Of a stretch of DNA of 33,571 nucleotides, positions 1 to 9,008 are shown in pieces. The stretch spans positions 1 through 33,571 of the IMG/VR virus record IMGVR_UViG_3300042558_000702. One strand, given 5' to 3'. The stretch's first letter is position 1; the number at the start of each line of letters is the position of its first letter. The notes beneath the pieces are model-generated. The model saw only the letters and a list, made by a program, of their open reading frames with translations, was not told the DNA's origin and did not search any database. Origin of the DNA: a virus. Taxonomy: Duplodnaviria; Caudoviricetes. Position numbers and translations under genes: made by a program.

Positions 1-7
1 AACTGAA

Positions 8-526
8 ATGAAGGGCAACTCATTACAACTCATCACGATGAACGGAGAAGTCCGCGGGACGCTCTACTGGACCTACGGCTTGGACCATCATGAGGCGAAA
101 GCCGAGGGCTGGTTTCAACTCAACGAACGTGGCAACGGATTGGTCAAGGGTCGCAGGGTAGGAAGCAAACGTTGGTTCGCCTGCACCGACATTGACCGTT
201 GCACCCTGTTCATTCCATACGTGAAGCCTGTTCGCCCCACACGCAAAGCAAATGACGTGACAAAACCCAACAAAGCACGTTGCGAGAAGTTCGCAAAAGA
301 ACACAACTTGACGATTGAACTCGATCGCTGGCGAGCATGGGGGGCGCAGTCAGTGTCTTACTCAGTTGACTTGCCTGCGGGCATGATCACTGAGACTGGC
401 TACTGCGGCATGGGCGGCGAATCAGATGATGCAGTCATGTCTCAAGTATGGGACGCAATATGGGACATCATGGACGAACTCACGTCCGTTGAATGGGTCG
501 CCATCGAGGACGAGGTGACAGCATGA
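8..526 (+). CDS. Hypothetical phage protein (early-type cassette)
   Basis: 172-aa ORF; its stop overlaps the next start (ATGA at 523-526). Confidence 0.7.
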   Translation: MKGNSLQLITMNGEVRGTLYWTYGLDHHEAKAEGWFQLNERGNGLVKGRRVGSKRWFACTDIDRCTLFIPYVKPVRPTRKANDVTKPNKARCEKFAKEHNLTIELDRWRAWGAQSVSYSVDLPAGMITETGYCGMGGESDDAVMSQVWDAIWDIMDELTSVEWVAIEDEVTA

Positions 527-711
527 GCCGCCCACGTAACGACCGATGGATTGACCTTGTGTTCACACTCAACGGCTTGGCGTTCTTCTGTTGCCTACTC
601 ATGGCACTAGGCGAAAACAAGTTCCCAATCCTGCCAGCCTTCATGAACCTTGGAGTCATGGCACTCATGACCCGTTTCGTAAACATCAACCACAAGGAGC
701 AAACCAAATGA
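523..711 (+). CDS. Small membrane protein, 2 predicted TM helices
   Basis: MSRPRNDRWIDLVFTLNGLAFFCCLLMALG...; ATGA coupling at both ends. Confidence 0.7.
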   Translation: MSRPRNDRWIDLVFTLNGLAFFCCLLMALGENKFPILPAFMNLGVMALMTRFVNINHKEQTK

Positions 712-1220
712 AAGACGAAATCCTGACACTCAGCGAGTTCTACGACCGCGCCACACCGTTCAAGCGAACACTCGGCGGGCAAGAGTACGAGTTCATCAAC
801 GTGGCGTACTGGTACGAAGGCGAACTCAAGCACGGAGTGGTGAACCTAAGCGCGTCAACGCCCGAGGACATCGAAGCGAACGTTGAACTCCAGCAGTACG
901 ACGAGCAAGAGGTCGTATTCGTTTCATACGGCTTAGTCGATCTGTACGATGTGTTCATGGAAGCAGGTCAGTTCTGTGACGGCACGTTGACTCACGTCGA
1001 CGGAGTAAACCCTCACCCTGAAACTTGGTTCAGTGACTCCGTTGGCGGTCACGCCAAAGACGGACTCATGTTGTTCACGTGCGAAGTAGAAATACTCGTC
1101 AGTGTGTACGCAACAGACGGAGACGCCGCTTACGACCAAGCGCAGAAGTATTTGAAGAAGCAGTCCGAGGAGTTGTGGGAGATGGGCAACCTTCATCACG
1201 TCGAAGTGACGAGAGGATAA
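708..1220 (+). CDS. Acidic hypothetical phage protein
   Basis: AAGGAG RBS then ATG at 708 overlapping the previous stop; MKDEILTLSEFY... Confidence 0.75.
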   Translation: MKDEILTLSEFYDRATPFKRTLGGQEYEFINVAYWYEGELKHGVVNLSASTPEDIEANVELQQYDEQEVVFVSYGLVDLYDVFMEAGQFCDGTLTHVDGVNPHPETWFSDSVGGHAKDGLMLFTCEVEILVSVYATDGDAAYDQAQKYLKKQSEELWEMGNLHHVEVTRG

Positions 1221-1288
1221 GTCCAGCGTATGGCACAACATTCGTACCCGCCAACACATTCATCGTTCACTGTTGTAAAGTAACTGAC

Positions 1289-1831
1289 ATGATTCGACGA
1301 ACGAGCCTTGCGCTCGCAACGTTGTCGCTGATCGCTTCGTGTGGTGGCGGTGTGAAAGACTCGACGTCTGTACCCCCACAGACCACCCCTGTCGTGCTTT
1401 TACCCGTCACTACACAAGCACCAGCCACAACCACATCAACAACATCAACAACCACAACGACCACGACGACTGAAGTTCCGTTGGAGTCCGACCCGCTTGA
1501 TTACATTGACGAGCAACGTATGTTGCACGGAAGGTGCGGAGAGTGGCACGACTTAGCAATGGAAGTCGGTTGGCAAGAAGAGCAATGGCCTACCTTGAGT
1601 GACGTGCTGTACACCGAGAGCCGCTGTACTGTCGACGCTTGGAACGGACATGACGCAGGTTTGTCGCAGATCAATCAAATTCATACCTCTTGGTTGAATG
1701 AGATGGGTATGTCACACCCTGAAGATATGTTCGACGCACGTAAGAACTTGTGGTTCGCGTACAAGTTGTACTCCTCACGTGAGGAGAAGGGTCAATGCGG
1801 CTGGAAGCCGTGGAGTGAACCCTGTCGCTAA
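1289..1831 (+). CDS. Lipoprotein with Thr-rich linker and lytic transglycosylase (SLT-like) domain
   Basis: Signal peptide with lipobox LIAS-C; poly-Thr linker; motifs TESRC (catalytic Glu), DAGLSQIN, N-x3-AYKLY, GWKPWS. Confidence 0.8.
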   Translation: MIRRTSLALATLSLIASCGGGVKDSTSVPPQTTPVVLLPVTTQAPATTTSTTSTTTTTTTTEVPLESDPLDYIDEQRMLHGRCGEWHDLAMEVGWQEEQWPTLSDVLYTESRCTVDAWNGHDAGLSQINQIHTSWLNEMGMSHPEDMFDARKNLWFAYKLYSSREEKGQCGWKPWSEPCR

Positions 1832-1995
1832 CTCGCAGACTCGTTGATCTCTTTACAACGAGGACAACGAACACGCCACGGAGCAGTCACAAGTTCAGCG
1901 AGTAACTTCCCGCAGTTACCACAACGAACAGACGTACGAGTAATTCGCTCGTGCTCGGGTACAAGCCTTGTCTCTGCGTAAGGGTCAAGGCTCAT
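1828..1995 (-). CDS. Mu Com-like zinc-finger protein (55 aa, absent from the ORF track)
   Basis: Manual translation: MSLDPYAETRLVPEHERITRTSVRCGNCGKLLAELVTAPWRVRCPRCKEINESAS; RC-x2-C-xKLLAE...CPRCK-xIN is the Com pattern; ATGA-coupled to the upstream gene. Confidence 0.8.
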   Translation of the reverse strand: MSLDPYAETRLVPEHERITRTSVRCGNCGKLLAELVTAPWRVRCPRCKEINESAS

Positions 1996-2390
1996 TGGTA
2001 CGTGCGTGTCACGTTGAAGTTCTGTACGAAGATGATTCGATCTTGTGAGTCACGCTCTAACGGGAACGGAGATTGAATTGCGGACACTCTGTTGTAGCGA
2101 GTACCCGACAAGGACTCATCGACAATACCTTCAAGGCTTACCCAACAAAGGTTGATGAGTGTCTCGGCTGCTGCATACGTCGTCGCTCGTACGGTGATTT
2201 GTACGCTTGGATTCTGTAGCACAGGCAAACCACCACCCATCGTGTTGTCAGGTGCTGTGCCGCCGTACTCGTACAACGTGACGCAAGTGGATGGGGTGTC
2301 AGGCATACGACCGACAAATAGGTTCGTGCCAAGAGTCAATGACGCTTGTTGTGCGTCAAGGTATGTTGCGATGTCAATGAGGGTGCTCAT
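1992..2390 (-). CDS. Tail terminator / Minor_capsid_3-like neck protein
   Basis: LTLGTNLFVGRMPDTP...YEYGG...PSVQITVRA pattern; position at the end of the neck module. Confidence 0.7.
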   Translation of the reverse strand: MSTLIDIATYLDAQQASLTLGTNLFVGRMPDTPSTCVTLYEYGGTAPDNTMGGGLPVLQNPSVQITVRATTYAAAETLINLCWVSLEGIVDESLSGTRYNRVSAIQSPFPLERDSQDRIIFVQNFNVTRTYQ

Positions 2391-2848
2391 CTGCTTGTTC
2401 CTGCCTGATAATGCTTACGCACATACGCAGTCAAGACGCGGGCGTAGTTCTTAGTGAACTTTTGAAACGGTCGCTCAAGGTACTTCGGTCCACGGCCCGT
2501 CGCAGGGTCAATACCCGGACCTGTGCCTGACCGCTTGCCCACTTTGCTTTTGTTCGGTGGCTTTGGCGGGTGATAGAAGTCAAGTCGCTCGTGCTGAACG
2601 AGCGCGTACTTTGCGTCGTAACCAACTGCGATTGAATACTTGTCAACACCTTTGACCTCTTGTTGAGTTTTGCTTCCAGCCAAGATGCCCTCGTCGAACG
2701 GTACAAGGTTTTGACTTTCGGCAAGTATGTCCTCAGCCATGTTGTACAACCCAGCGTTCAAAGCACGAGTGATACCCTCGGCGTCTGCAATCAACGCGAG
2801 GCGTATCTCTTTCATACCCCTGTCAGAGAGTTTGACTGTGACGCTCAT
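2387..2848 (-). CDS. HK97 gp10 / Minor_capsid_2-like neck protein
   Basis: VPFDEGILAGS...VGYDAKYALVQHE...PKYLERPF; TAATG-coupled start at 2848. Confidence 0.75.
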   Translation of the reverse strand: MSVTVKLSDRGMKEIRLALIADAEGITRALNAGLYNMAEDILAESQNLVPFDEGILAGSKTQQEVKGVDKYSIAVGYDAKYALVQHERLDFYHPPKPPNKSKVGKRSGTGPGIDPATGRGPKYLERPFQKFTKNYARVLTAYVRKHYQAGTSR

Positions 2849-3198
2849 TAGAAAGACCGCGCAACACCAAGACCAAGCACCGCACATTGCTGCCCGTACT
2901 CGTCTCTGCGTATGTCTACTTCCATGACAGGCCGTGTGAAGCCGTCGGCTGTTGTTACGGTGTCGTCAACGCTCGCTGCCACTGTGGTCGATGGAATGTA
3001 CACACGGTATTCAATCTTTCGATCGTTGGTCGTGAGGTCTCGTTTCGAACCTGTAATGCGATGAACGAACGCAGTGTAAGAAGTACCAGAGCCGTACTGA
3101 AGTTCTCCGTAAGTGTTATATGAAGTCTTGGCAGTCAATGTCACAGACTCTTTGCACATTGTTTTCATTTCTAAAGAGAAGTCATCAGCGGCTGTCAT
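2848..3198 (-). CDS. Head closure / stopper protein (SPP1 gp16-like position)
   Basis: 116 aa, beta-rich, NTYGE motif; lies between the adaptor and the gp10-like gene. Confidence 0.6.
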   Translation of the reverse strand: MTAADDFSLEMKTMCKESVTLTAKTSYNTYGELQYGSGTSYTAFVHRITGSKRDLTTNDRKIEYRVYIPSTTVAASVDDTVTTADGFTRPVMEVDIRRDEYGQQCAVLGLGVARSF

Positions 3199-3686
3199 AA
3201 GTCAGCGCCCTGCCCAAAATACTGAACACCTGTTTGTTCCTGAATGCCACCACCATTTGCGATGTTTTGGAACTGCCCCGAAGAGAACCAACCACGGAAG
3301 AGGTCACTGTTGTCTTGATCAATTTCTTTGTCACTGTCCGTAATGCCACCAGCGTACGGAATTGGTGTGAAGTTCTGTGACATAGCCAACGAGTTGAAGT
3401 GTGCGGCTTGTGTGAGATAGCCCTGAGCCTTCTGACTGAACTTGACGTTGAGATCACCGATCTGCTTATCAGCAAGACGGGCCAACTTAGAAGCAATGGT
3501 CAAGCAGCAACGGTACGCCGCGTCATACAAAGCGTTGACACCAGTCGAGGTTCCTGATGCCTCAGTATTGACCCAAAGAATCTCCTCGTTGCTTAGGAGT
3601 TGATCTGTTGTGTCGGTGTCACCAATGAGGAATCGGATTGCGTCTTTAGCGTTAGCCGACGGGTCACCACCATAAGTCCATGTCAT
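3195..3686 (-). CDS. Head-tail adaptor/connector
   Basis: TWTYGGDP...AIRFLIGDTD...LLSNEEI motif typical of head-tail adaptors; synteny. Confidence 0.7.
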   Translation of the reverse strand: MTWTYGGDPSANAKDAIRFLIGDTDTTDQLLSNEEILWVNTEASGTSTGVNALYDAAYRCCLTIASKLARLADKQIGDLNVKFSQKAQGYLTQAAHFNSLAMSQNFTPIPYAGGITDSDKEIDQDNSDLFRGWFSSGQFQNIANGGGIQEQTGVQYFGQGADL

Positions 3687-3697
3687 TGTCGCTCATC

Positions 3698-4009
3698 TCA
3701 CTTGATCGTTGGAAGAGTGAACACAGAACCAATCGGTGTGCCATCAATCAAGTCAACAAATATCCCGTTAGGGCAAGCGATACCGTTCGGTCCGAACCAA
3801 TGAGTCTCATGATCGCCATTCGCTGGTTTAATGAGAGCAACGATCGGGGTGGTGTTTGCGCCGCCGTTGTGAAGATGCAAGTGAACTTGACCGTGAGAAG
3901 AATCGCCAATAGCAATTCCCATCAGAACAACTGCGCTTGCTGTCTGCACACCTGAAGTCTCTCGAATAGGTGTTGCTGTCACTGCGCTTGTTTGTGTTGT
4001 GTTTCTCAT
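3698..4009 (-). CDS. Hypothetical, probably virion structural protein
   Basis: 103 aa within the head operon; GGAG RBS; GIACPNGIFVDL C-terminus. Confidence 0.6.
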   Translation of the reverse strand: MRNTTQTSAVTATPIRETSGVQTASAVVLMGIAIGDSSHGQVHLHLHNGGANTTPIVALIKPANGDHETHWFGPNGIACPNGIFVDLIDGTPIGSVFTLPTIK

Positions 4010-4029
4010 TGTGACTCCGTGAATGACTA

Positions 4030-4067
4030 AGGCCGAGACTGATGCGTACTAGCACCAGTCTCGGCCT
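4030..4067 (-). terminator. Strong hairpin after the capsid genes (terminator or mRNA stabiliser)
   Basis: AGGCCGAGACTG (4030-4041) / CAGTCTCGGCCT (4056-4067), perfect 12-bp stem; no long U-tract. Confidence 0.65.
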
Positions 4068-4088
4068 GAGTGCCGTTGTTGAGTTGTA

Positions 4089-4514
4089 TTACTTGCGGTA
4101 GAAGGTAACGCCTGTCGCTGAGTCGTAACGAACCAACCAAGTACCTGACGTTGCCGCAGGAACAGTTGCAAGTCCAACAAGAGTTACACCTGTTGCACCA
4201 GCAACAAGAGTGATCGTTGCGGCTGATTCGGCAAGGTTCACGATCGTAAACTCTGTGCAGTCACCAACTTGTTGACCAGCGAGCAAAGCAATGATCGCTG
4301 AACCGATCGCAGTTGTTACGTTGCGAGCAGTCGTCGGCGTTGCAGTCACAATGGTGTTCGTAACGATATGAGCCGCAGTAGCAACCATCGACGCACCATC
4401 AGTGATAGTTGCCGCAGTGCGCTTGACGCTTGCAGTGCCACGCAAACGTGCTGGACCTGTTACGTCAAGAGCACCAACGAGTGCAGTACCACGAGTGATT
4501 CGATTGAAAGCCAT
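4089..4514 (-). CDS. Putative capsid decoration / structural protein
   Basis: Ala/Thr/Gly-rich, directly after the major capsid gene, AGGAG RBS. Confidence 0.6.
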   Translation of the reverse strand: MAFNRITRGTALVGALDVTGPARLRGTASVKRTAATITDGASMVATAAHIVTNTIVTATPTTARNVTTAIGSAIIALLAGQQVGDCTEFTIVNLAESAATITLVAGATGVTLVGLATVPAATSGTWLVRYDSATGVTFYRK

Positions 4515-4526
4515 GTCAGTCTCCTA

Positions 4527-5477
4527 TCAGGCCGAAACGGGATTGCTGAAGAAGTAGCCGAGTGAGGTCGACACTGCTTTGAAGTCCCAAGCAGATTCGA
4601 CTTCGAGGCGGTCAGCACGGAGGTGGTCCATACGGAAGCGGCTCACAGCGGTTGAGGTTCCAAGACCGCCACCGACACCGTTCCACACGAAGTTGTATCC
4701 AGCCGAAGCGGTCATCAAACCAGCCGACGGTGCGACGTAGCACAAGAGTGCGTCCTTGTCACCCATCTGAGCGAAGGTAGCCGAAGCACCTTCCTGAGCC
4801 GAGTTGTAGACACCCTTCATGACCAAGACTCGCGGTACGTCGACAACCTTGCCGATGAGTTCAGGCGTAATGCTGTCGGCTGAGGTGTACTTGTAACGAT
4901 CAACGAAGTCCGAGTGGTTACGCAGAGTCTTGTAAGCGGCGTACGACAGAACCAAAGTGTTGGCGAGGTAGCCAGTGTTGTTCATGATGGTAGAGATACC
5001 AGTCTGAATGTCACCGATTGGGTCTGAGCCTGAAGCGTCCCACAAGGTTGAAGGAGTTGAATCAGTACCCCAAATTGAAGTGCTGAAGAACTTGCTTGCC
5101 CAATCGCGCTCCTGACGGATCATCATTTGGTGAGCCAAGAACTTGGTGGCGTCCATGTCAGGACTCAACGGCGAGTCGCTGTTAGCGCGAACCTGATCAC
5201 CGATGTCCTTGTGCAAAGCCCAAACCTTCGAGGAGTAGGAAGCAGTCGACAACGAGTAACCACTACCTGCGGACTCGGTTCCGTCTGCACGGTACTGAGC
5301 CTGATCACGGTAGAAGTCAGCCTGCGAGTACGTGAAGTACAAGTCGCTCTGCTTGCTAACGGGAACGGTGGGGAACACTTTGTTGGCAACGAAGTTATCC
5401 GCTTCGTTCATGAAGGCGACGCTCAGGTTAGTGAGCACCGCATCAATGTGGACCTGTGATTGAGTGGGCTGTGCCAT
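4527..5477 (-). CDS. Major capsid protein
   Basis: 316 aa; VHIDAVLTNLSVAF...VFPTVPVSKQSD...SDPIGDI...GYFFSN, resembling Phage_cap_E-type capsids; synteny. Confidence 0.9.
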   Translation of the reverse strand: MAQPTQSQVHIDAVLTNLSVAFMNEADNFVANKVFPTVPVSKQSDLYFTYSQADFYRDQAQYRADGTESAGSGYSLSTASYSSKVWALHKDIGDQVRANSDSPLSPDMDATKFLAHQMMIRQERDWASKFFSTSIWGTDSTPSTLWDASGSDPIGDIQTGISTIMNNTGYLANTLVLSYAAYKTLRNHSDFVDRYKYTSADSITPELIGKVVDVPRVLVMKGVYNSAQEGASATFAQMGDKDALLCYVAPSAGLMTASAGYNFVWNGVGGGLGTSTAVSRFRMDHLRADRLEVESAWDFKAVSTSLGYFFSNPVSA

Positions 5478-5497
5478 GACTGGTTCTTCTTTCTAAA

Positions 5498-5881
5498 TCA
5501 GACGAATCGTGAGTTGGTGATGTTGATGTAAGCCGTGACGATGTTGCCAGCAGCGCCAGCCTCGATTGCTTGACCGCACACGTACTTGGTCGTGTCGGAC
5601 GAGGTGTAGACAGCAGCCTGTCCGTCACTTGAGGTACCGAGCAAGTCGCCCGCGGCTGTAGTGCCGTCGACGCTTACCTTCGAGATACCGAAGAAGGTGA
5701 TCTCTGCTGCCTGTCCAGCGATGGGGGTGTTCTGCAACACGCCGATCGGCTTGTCAGTTACTCCGTTGCAAACGTTCACAGTCGTGGCCGAAGCCAACTT
5801 GACGAAGTAGAACTGCTTTGCAGAGAGGTCAGCGGCGGCAACAAGGTTGCCGAGTTTGATTTGTGCGCCTTCGTAAGCCAT
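5498..5881 (-). CDS. Capsid cement / head decoration protein (DUF2190-like)
   Basis: AAADLSAKQFYFVKL...PIGVLQN.P.AGQAA; immediately upstream of the major capsid gene. Confidence 0.75.
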   Translation of the reverse strand: MAYEGAQIKLGNLVAAADLSAKQFYFVKLASATTVNVCNGVTDKPIGVLQNTPIAGQAAEITFFGISKVSVDGTTAAGDLLGTSSDGQAAVYTSSDTTKYVCGQAIEAGAAGNIVTAYINITNSRFV

Positions 5882-5883
5882 GT

Positions 5884-6525
5884 TCAGCGGCCTTTCTCGA
5901 TGAGGTATTGGTTGTATAGATCTTTGTTGTTCTCTGACACGATGGCAACGGCCTTAGCGAACGAAGGTGCTCGACCTTCAGAGACCATGACTTGTGCCTG
6001 TGCTTGGATTGTGTCCCATGCTGAGACGGCATCGTTGCTTGCGGAAGAACCAATCTCCTTGAGCAATCCTGATTCGGTCAAGGCACGAGCCGAAGCGTCA
6101 AGGACCTTTTCGATCACAGTTGCCTCAAGTGGCATGACTTCACGGATGGCACAAAGAACGGGTGCGAACTCTGCTGGGTTCATCTCGGGCAAGTTCACCC
6201 AAGCGTTAGCAGCGTCGACAGCCTTTTCGAGTTCGCGCTGCTTTTGCAGTTCGACCTTTTCGGCGTTTGCGTCAGCGAGTGCTTTACGCAAGTCGGTTAG
6301 TTCCTTGCGGATGTCTTCGAGGTCGACGGCCTTTTCAACGGCTTCGACGGCCTTTTCGGTGGCTTCAAGTTCCACAGGTATCTCCTTGGTAGTAGTCACT
6401 GTTTCGAGTGCTGTGTCAAGATCAGCAGACTTCATCACTAACCAACCCTCGTGAAGGTGAGCGGGGTGATCTACTCCGCTTGTTTCCTTCACCATTAGTT
6501 CGGTGAGTTTCATTCGTCGTGCCAT
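5884..6525 (-). CDS. Scaffolding-like protein of an XkdF-type head module
   Basis: N-terminal LTELMVKETSGVDHPAH motif followed by an E/K/A-rich coiled coil; upstream of cement and capsid genes. Confidence 0.65.
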   Translation of the reverse strand: MARRMKLTELMVKETSGVDHPAHLHEGWLVMKSADLDTALETVTTTKEIPVELEATEKAVEAVEKAVDLEDIRKELTDLRKALADANAEKVELQKQRELEKAVDAANAWVNLPEMNPAEFAPVLCAIREVMPLEATVIEKVLDASARALTESGLLKEIGSSASNDAVSAWDTIQAQAQVMVSEGRAPSFAKAVAIVSENNKDLYNQYLIEKGR

Positions 6526-6620
6526 TGCTTGATGACTGTAGCGAACGCTCTGTTGGTTCCGTTGTAAGTCCTACAAGAAACTTCCAATGGGGTGAGTCAC
6601 AGATGTTGTATCTTCACGTC

Positions 6621-6830
6621 ATGCGTTTGCCTCGGTACTTGTGCTTGATCTCTGCCATGAGCACTTTGTTAGTCGGCAGTGCAATGTTCTCATCTTGTGG
6701 CTACGACGGCACTTACCGTTACCCCTGTCAAGACCCAGTGAATTGGGATACAGAACCTTGCACTCCACCCGCGTGCGAACCAACAGGTACTTGCTCGGAC
6801 GCTCTTGTATGGGGGGACTCAAATGGCTAG
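6621..6830 (+). CDS. Small Cys-rich secreted protein or lipoprotein
   Basis: Hydrophobic N-terminus then SCGYDGTYRYPCQDPVNW...C.PP.CE..GTC; TATCTT 6 nt before ATG 6621. Confidence 0.7.
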   Translation: MRLPRYLCLISAMSTLLVGSAMFSSCGYDGTYRYPCQDPVNWDTEPCTPPACEPTGTCSDALVWGDSNG

Positions 6831-7119
6831 GAAGCGTTACTCGCCCGAAGAAATACACGCACGGCTGGTTCTCGGTGTAGGCCTCGCATTGTGTTTCACC
6901 TTTGTGATGATTGTTTGTGCGGTGCTATGGGCTTTGGTATTTGTTACCCAACCGATGACTCAATCGCCTAATGACAAAGCGTTCCTCGATGGGGTGCTTA
7001 TCCCGATCACATTGTTCTTGAGTGGTGCGCTGAGCGGGGTGTTGGCGAGTAACGGTTTGAAGTCCAAGCCACAGCCGCAACGTCGGGACATGATTCCTGA
7101 CGACGAACTCTTCCGCTAG
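6823..7119 (+). CDS. Two-TM membrane protein (holin-like topology, function unproven)
   Basis: Two hydrophobic helices around a QPMTQSPND loop; overlaps the previous stop. Confidence 0.7.
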   Translation: MARKRYSPEEIHARLVLGVGLALCFTFVMIVCAVLWALVFVTQPMTQSPNDKAFLDGVLIPITLFLSGALSGVLASNGLKSKPQPQRRDMIPDDELFR

Positions 7120-7394
7120 TCGTTGATCGTTTCGAGCGGTAGAAGTACCGACACTTTCAAGCGGTCAATCCGTTTGACCATTCCGTTTGGTATTGCGATT
7201 ACGTGATCGATGTGGTTGCTATCGTCCATGATGATTGACTGTGAGATCACTACGTGGTTCGGTTTCACGCCCGCGATGAGGTAACCAATTGAGGTGACCA
7301 CGCACGGGTCGTTGTCTAGGTCCTCTCGTGTGGTCCATGTTTCGGACACTGCGTGAGCGTCGTGCCACGTCACTTGAATGAGTTGATGTTTCAT
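7116..7394 (-). CDS. Conserved hypothetical phage protein
   Basis: VTWHDAH...W...PCVVTSIGYLI...IPNGMV; coupled to the phosphoesterase gene. Confidence 0.7.
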   Translation of the reverse strand: MKHQLIQVTWHDAHAVSETWTTREDLDNDPCVVTSIGYLIAGVKPNHVVISQSIIMDDSNHIDHVIAIPNGMVKRIDRLKVSVLLPLETIND

Positions 7395-8548
7395 GCCGTG
7401 TAGTCCTTGCCGCGGTACATTGCCCAGCCGTCGTGAATTGCTACCTGTTCATAGCAGAAGCGACCCGACTCAGGGTCGTAAGGAATGACGGCTAGCCCCT
7501 GTTGCCAGTCCTCATACCGTGTGAGTGGTCGTCCGTTGAGATCGGTACCGCCACGTGTGCTTGGTACCGCACCATCAACTCTGCATAGACAACCCGGACT
7601 CGCTGCGAGCACTGTTCGTGGTCCGTCGTGGTCCTCACGTGTTCGCTCTGCCCATTCACGTCGATGAATGTGTCCGTAGATGACTGATGACTTTTCTTGA
7701 CCGAGGTACTTGTGCGCTGTTGAGCCACCGCTCGCAACCCTGTCGCCGTGAATAACTCTTAGGCGTTCGGTAATCCATACGCTTGAGGCAGGGTATCCGG
7801 GTCTGTACTCGATGTCGACTTCATCGAGACGACATAGAAACGGTACAGACATCACAGGCCATGACTCAGGTAATGCACCACGCTTGAGACCGAAAGCGGC
7901 GGCGGCGTTCTGTAGTAGGAACTTCGGTAGGCGTTCCTCGTGGTTGCCTGCTAGCCAAATGATCTTTGCGTTCGGCGCTGCGGCGCGTATCTGTGCGGCG
8001 AGTGTTGTCGCACGGTCGATGGTGGCTTGTGTGGTTTGTTGGTAAGCCTTGGTCACGATGTACTTGCCGAGTTCAGCGAAGTCCAAGTTGTCGCCTACAA
8101 GTACCACAAGTTGCGGGTTGACGTCAGCCAAGATTGACAACGCAACACTGATCGCCCGTTCATCGTGTATTGCTTCCAGCGAGCCGTCAACAGCAGAGAA
8201 GTATCCGCATTGAATGTCAGGAAGTACGACTGCTACAGGCCAACCCGACTTCGCCTTGGTTGCTTTAGCGGTTGGCAGTTTGACGGACGGACCTTGTTGA
8301 ATAACAGGCCATTCAGGACCCGTCTCCCACTTCGGACTGAACTGCACACCCGTGAGGTCGTGTACTGATGCTTCGCCCGTCTCTGTATCCTTTGTGACCG
8401 CTTGGTACAGCGACACTCTTTTGATAGCGCCGATCTCATCGATGTCAATGCCGTTGCGTTCAAGTAGTTCTGCAATACGACCAAGCGACAATCGTTTAGC
8501 ACCTGACGAGTTCTCTTTGTCGATGTCGTCTCTAAGACTCACAAGCAC
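7391..8548 (-). CDS. Calcineurin-like metallophosphoesterase
   Basis: Motifs PDIQ, GDNLD, GNHE, IHG, GHIH; GTG start at 8548 or 8542. Confidence 0.85.
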   Translation of the reverse strand: MLVSLRDDIDKENSSGAKRLSLGRIAELLERNGIDIDEIGAIKRVSLYQAVTKDTETGEASVHDLTGVQFSPKWETGPEWPVIQQGPSVKLPTAKATKAKSGWPVAVVLPDIQCGYFSAVDGSLEAIHDERAISVALSILADVNPQLVVLVGDNLDFAELGKYIVTKAYQQTTQATIDRATTLAAQIRAAAPNAKIIWLAGNHEERLPKFLLQNAAAAFGLKRGALPESWPVMSVPFLCRLDEVDIEYRPGYPASSVWITERLRVIHGDRVASGGSTAHKYLGQEKSSVIYGHIHRREWAERTREDHDGPRTVLAASPGCLCRVDGAVPSTRGGTDLNGRPLTRYEDWQQGLAVIPYDPESGRFCYEQVAIHDGWAMYRGKDYTA

Positions 8549-8780
8549 AGTCCCCTCGGCGGTGACGTTTCATTGACTCAATCGAAACAACGATGTCTCT
8601 GTCCGCTAACGCTTGACTGATCGCACGGTTAGTGATATCACGATCTACCATTGCTGTCGTGAGGTCGGTGATGTCTTGGTCATCTAGTTTCGTCAATGCG
8701 CGTTGCACTGCACAGACGTTTGTGAAATGTCTTTGTGAGTACGTTGCGATCGCGTCAGACAATCGATTCTCTTTGGGCAT
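8532..8780 (-). CDS. Small HTH-like DNA-binding protein
   Basis: TNRAISQALADRDIVVSIESMKRHRRGDCAC; precedes the phosphoesterase. Confidence 0.6.
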   Translation of the reverse strand: MPKENRLSDAIATYSQRHFTNVCAVQRALTKLDDQDITDLTTAMVDRDITNRAISQALADRDIVVSIESMKRHRRGDCACES

Positions 8781-8846
8781 CTCAATCCAATCTTGTCACG
8801 ATTGGGTGAGCCTAACAAATCAGCACATCGATACGCTTGATGTTGA

Positions 8847-9008
8847 TTAGTCGTCGTTCGACATGAGAGCACCAGCGAAGTGAAGCAACAGACTGACACC
8901 GAAAGTCCATATAGCCTTCGACAGTGTTGCGCCGCTAAGGGTGATGAGTACGAGGGCTACGCCACATACGGTCCATATTTGAGCGTGTAGTTCTTTGATG
9001 AGTTTCAT
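8847..9008 (-). CDS. Small 2-TM membrane protein (53 aa, absent from the ORF track)
   Basis: MKLIKELHAQIWTVCGVALVLITLSGATLSKAIWTFGVSLLLHFAGALMSNDD; TAATG-coupled to the upstream gene. Confidence 0.7.
   Translation of the reverse strand: MKLIKELHAQIWTVCGVALVLITLSGATLSKAIWTFGVSLLLHFAGALMSNDD

Noticed and set aside
5861-6454. 197-aa plus-strand ORF and other long antisense or alternate-frame ORFs (e.g. 10546-11103, 16603-17082, 27008-27586)
   Set aside because: They overlap well-supported genes, and have no motifs or initiation signals.
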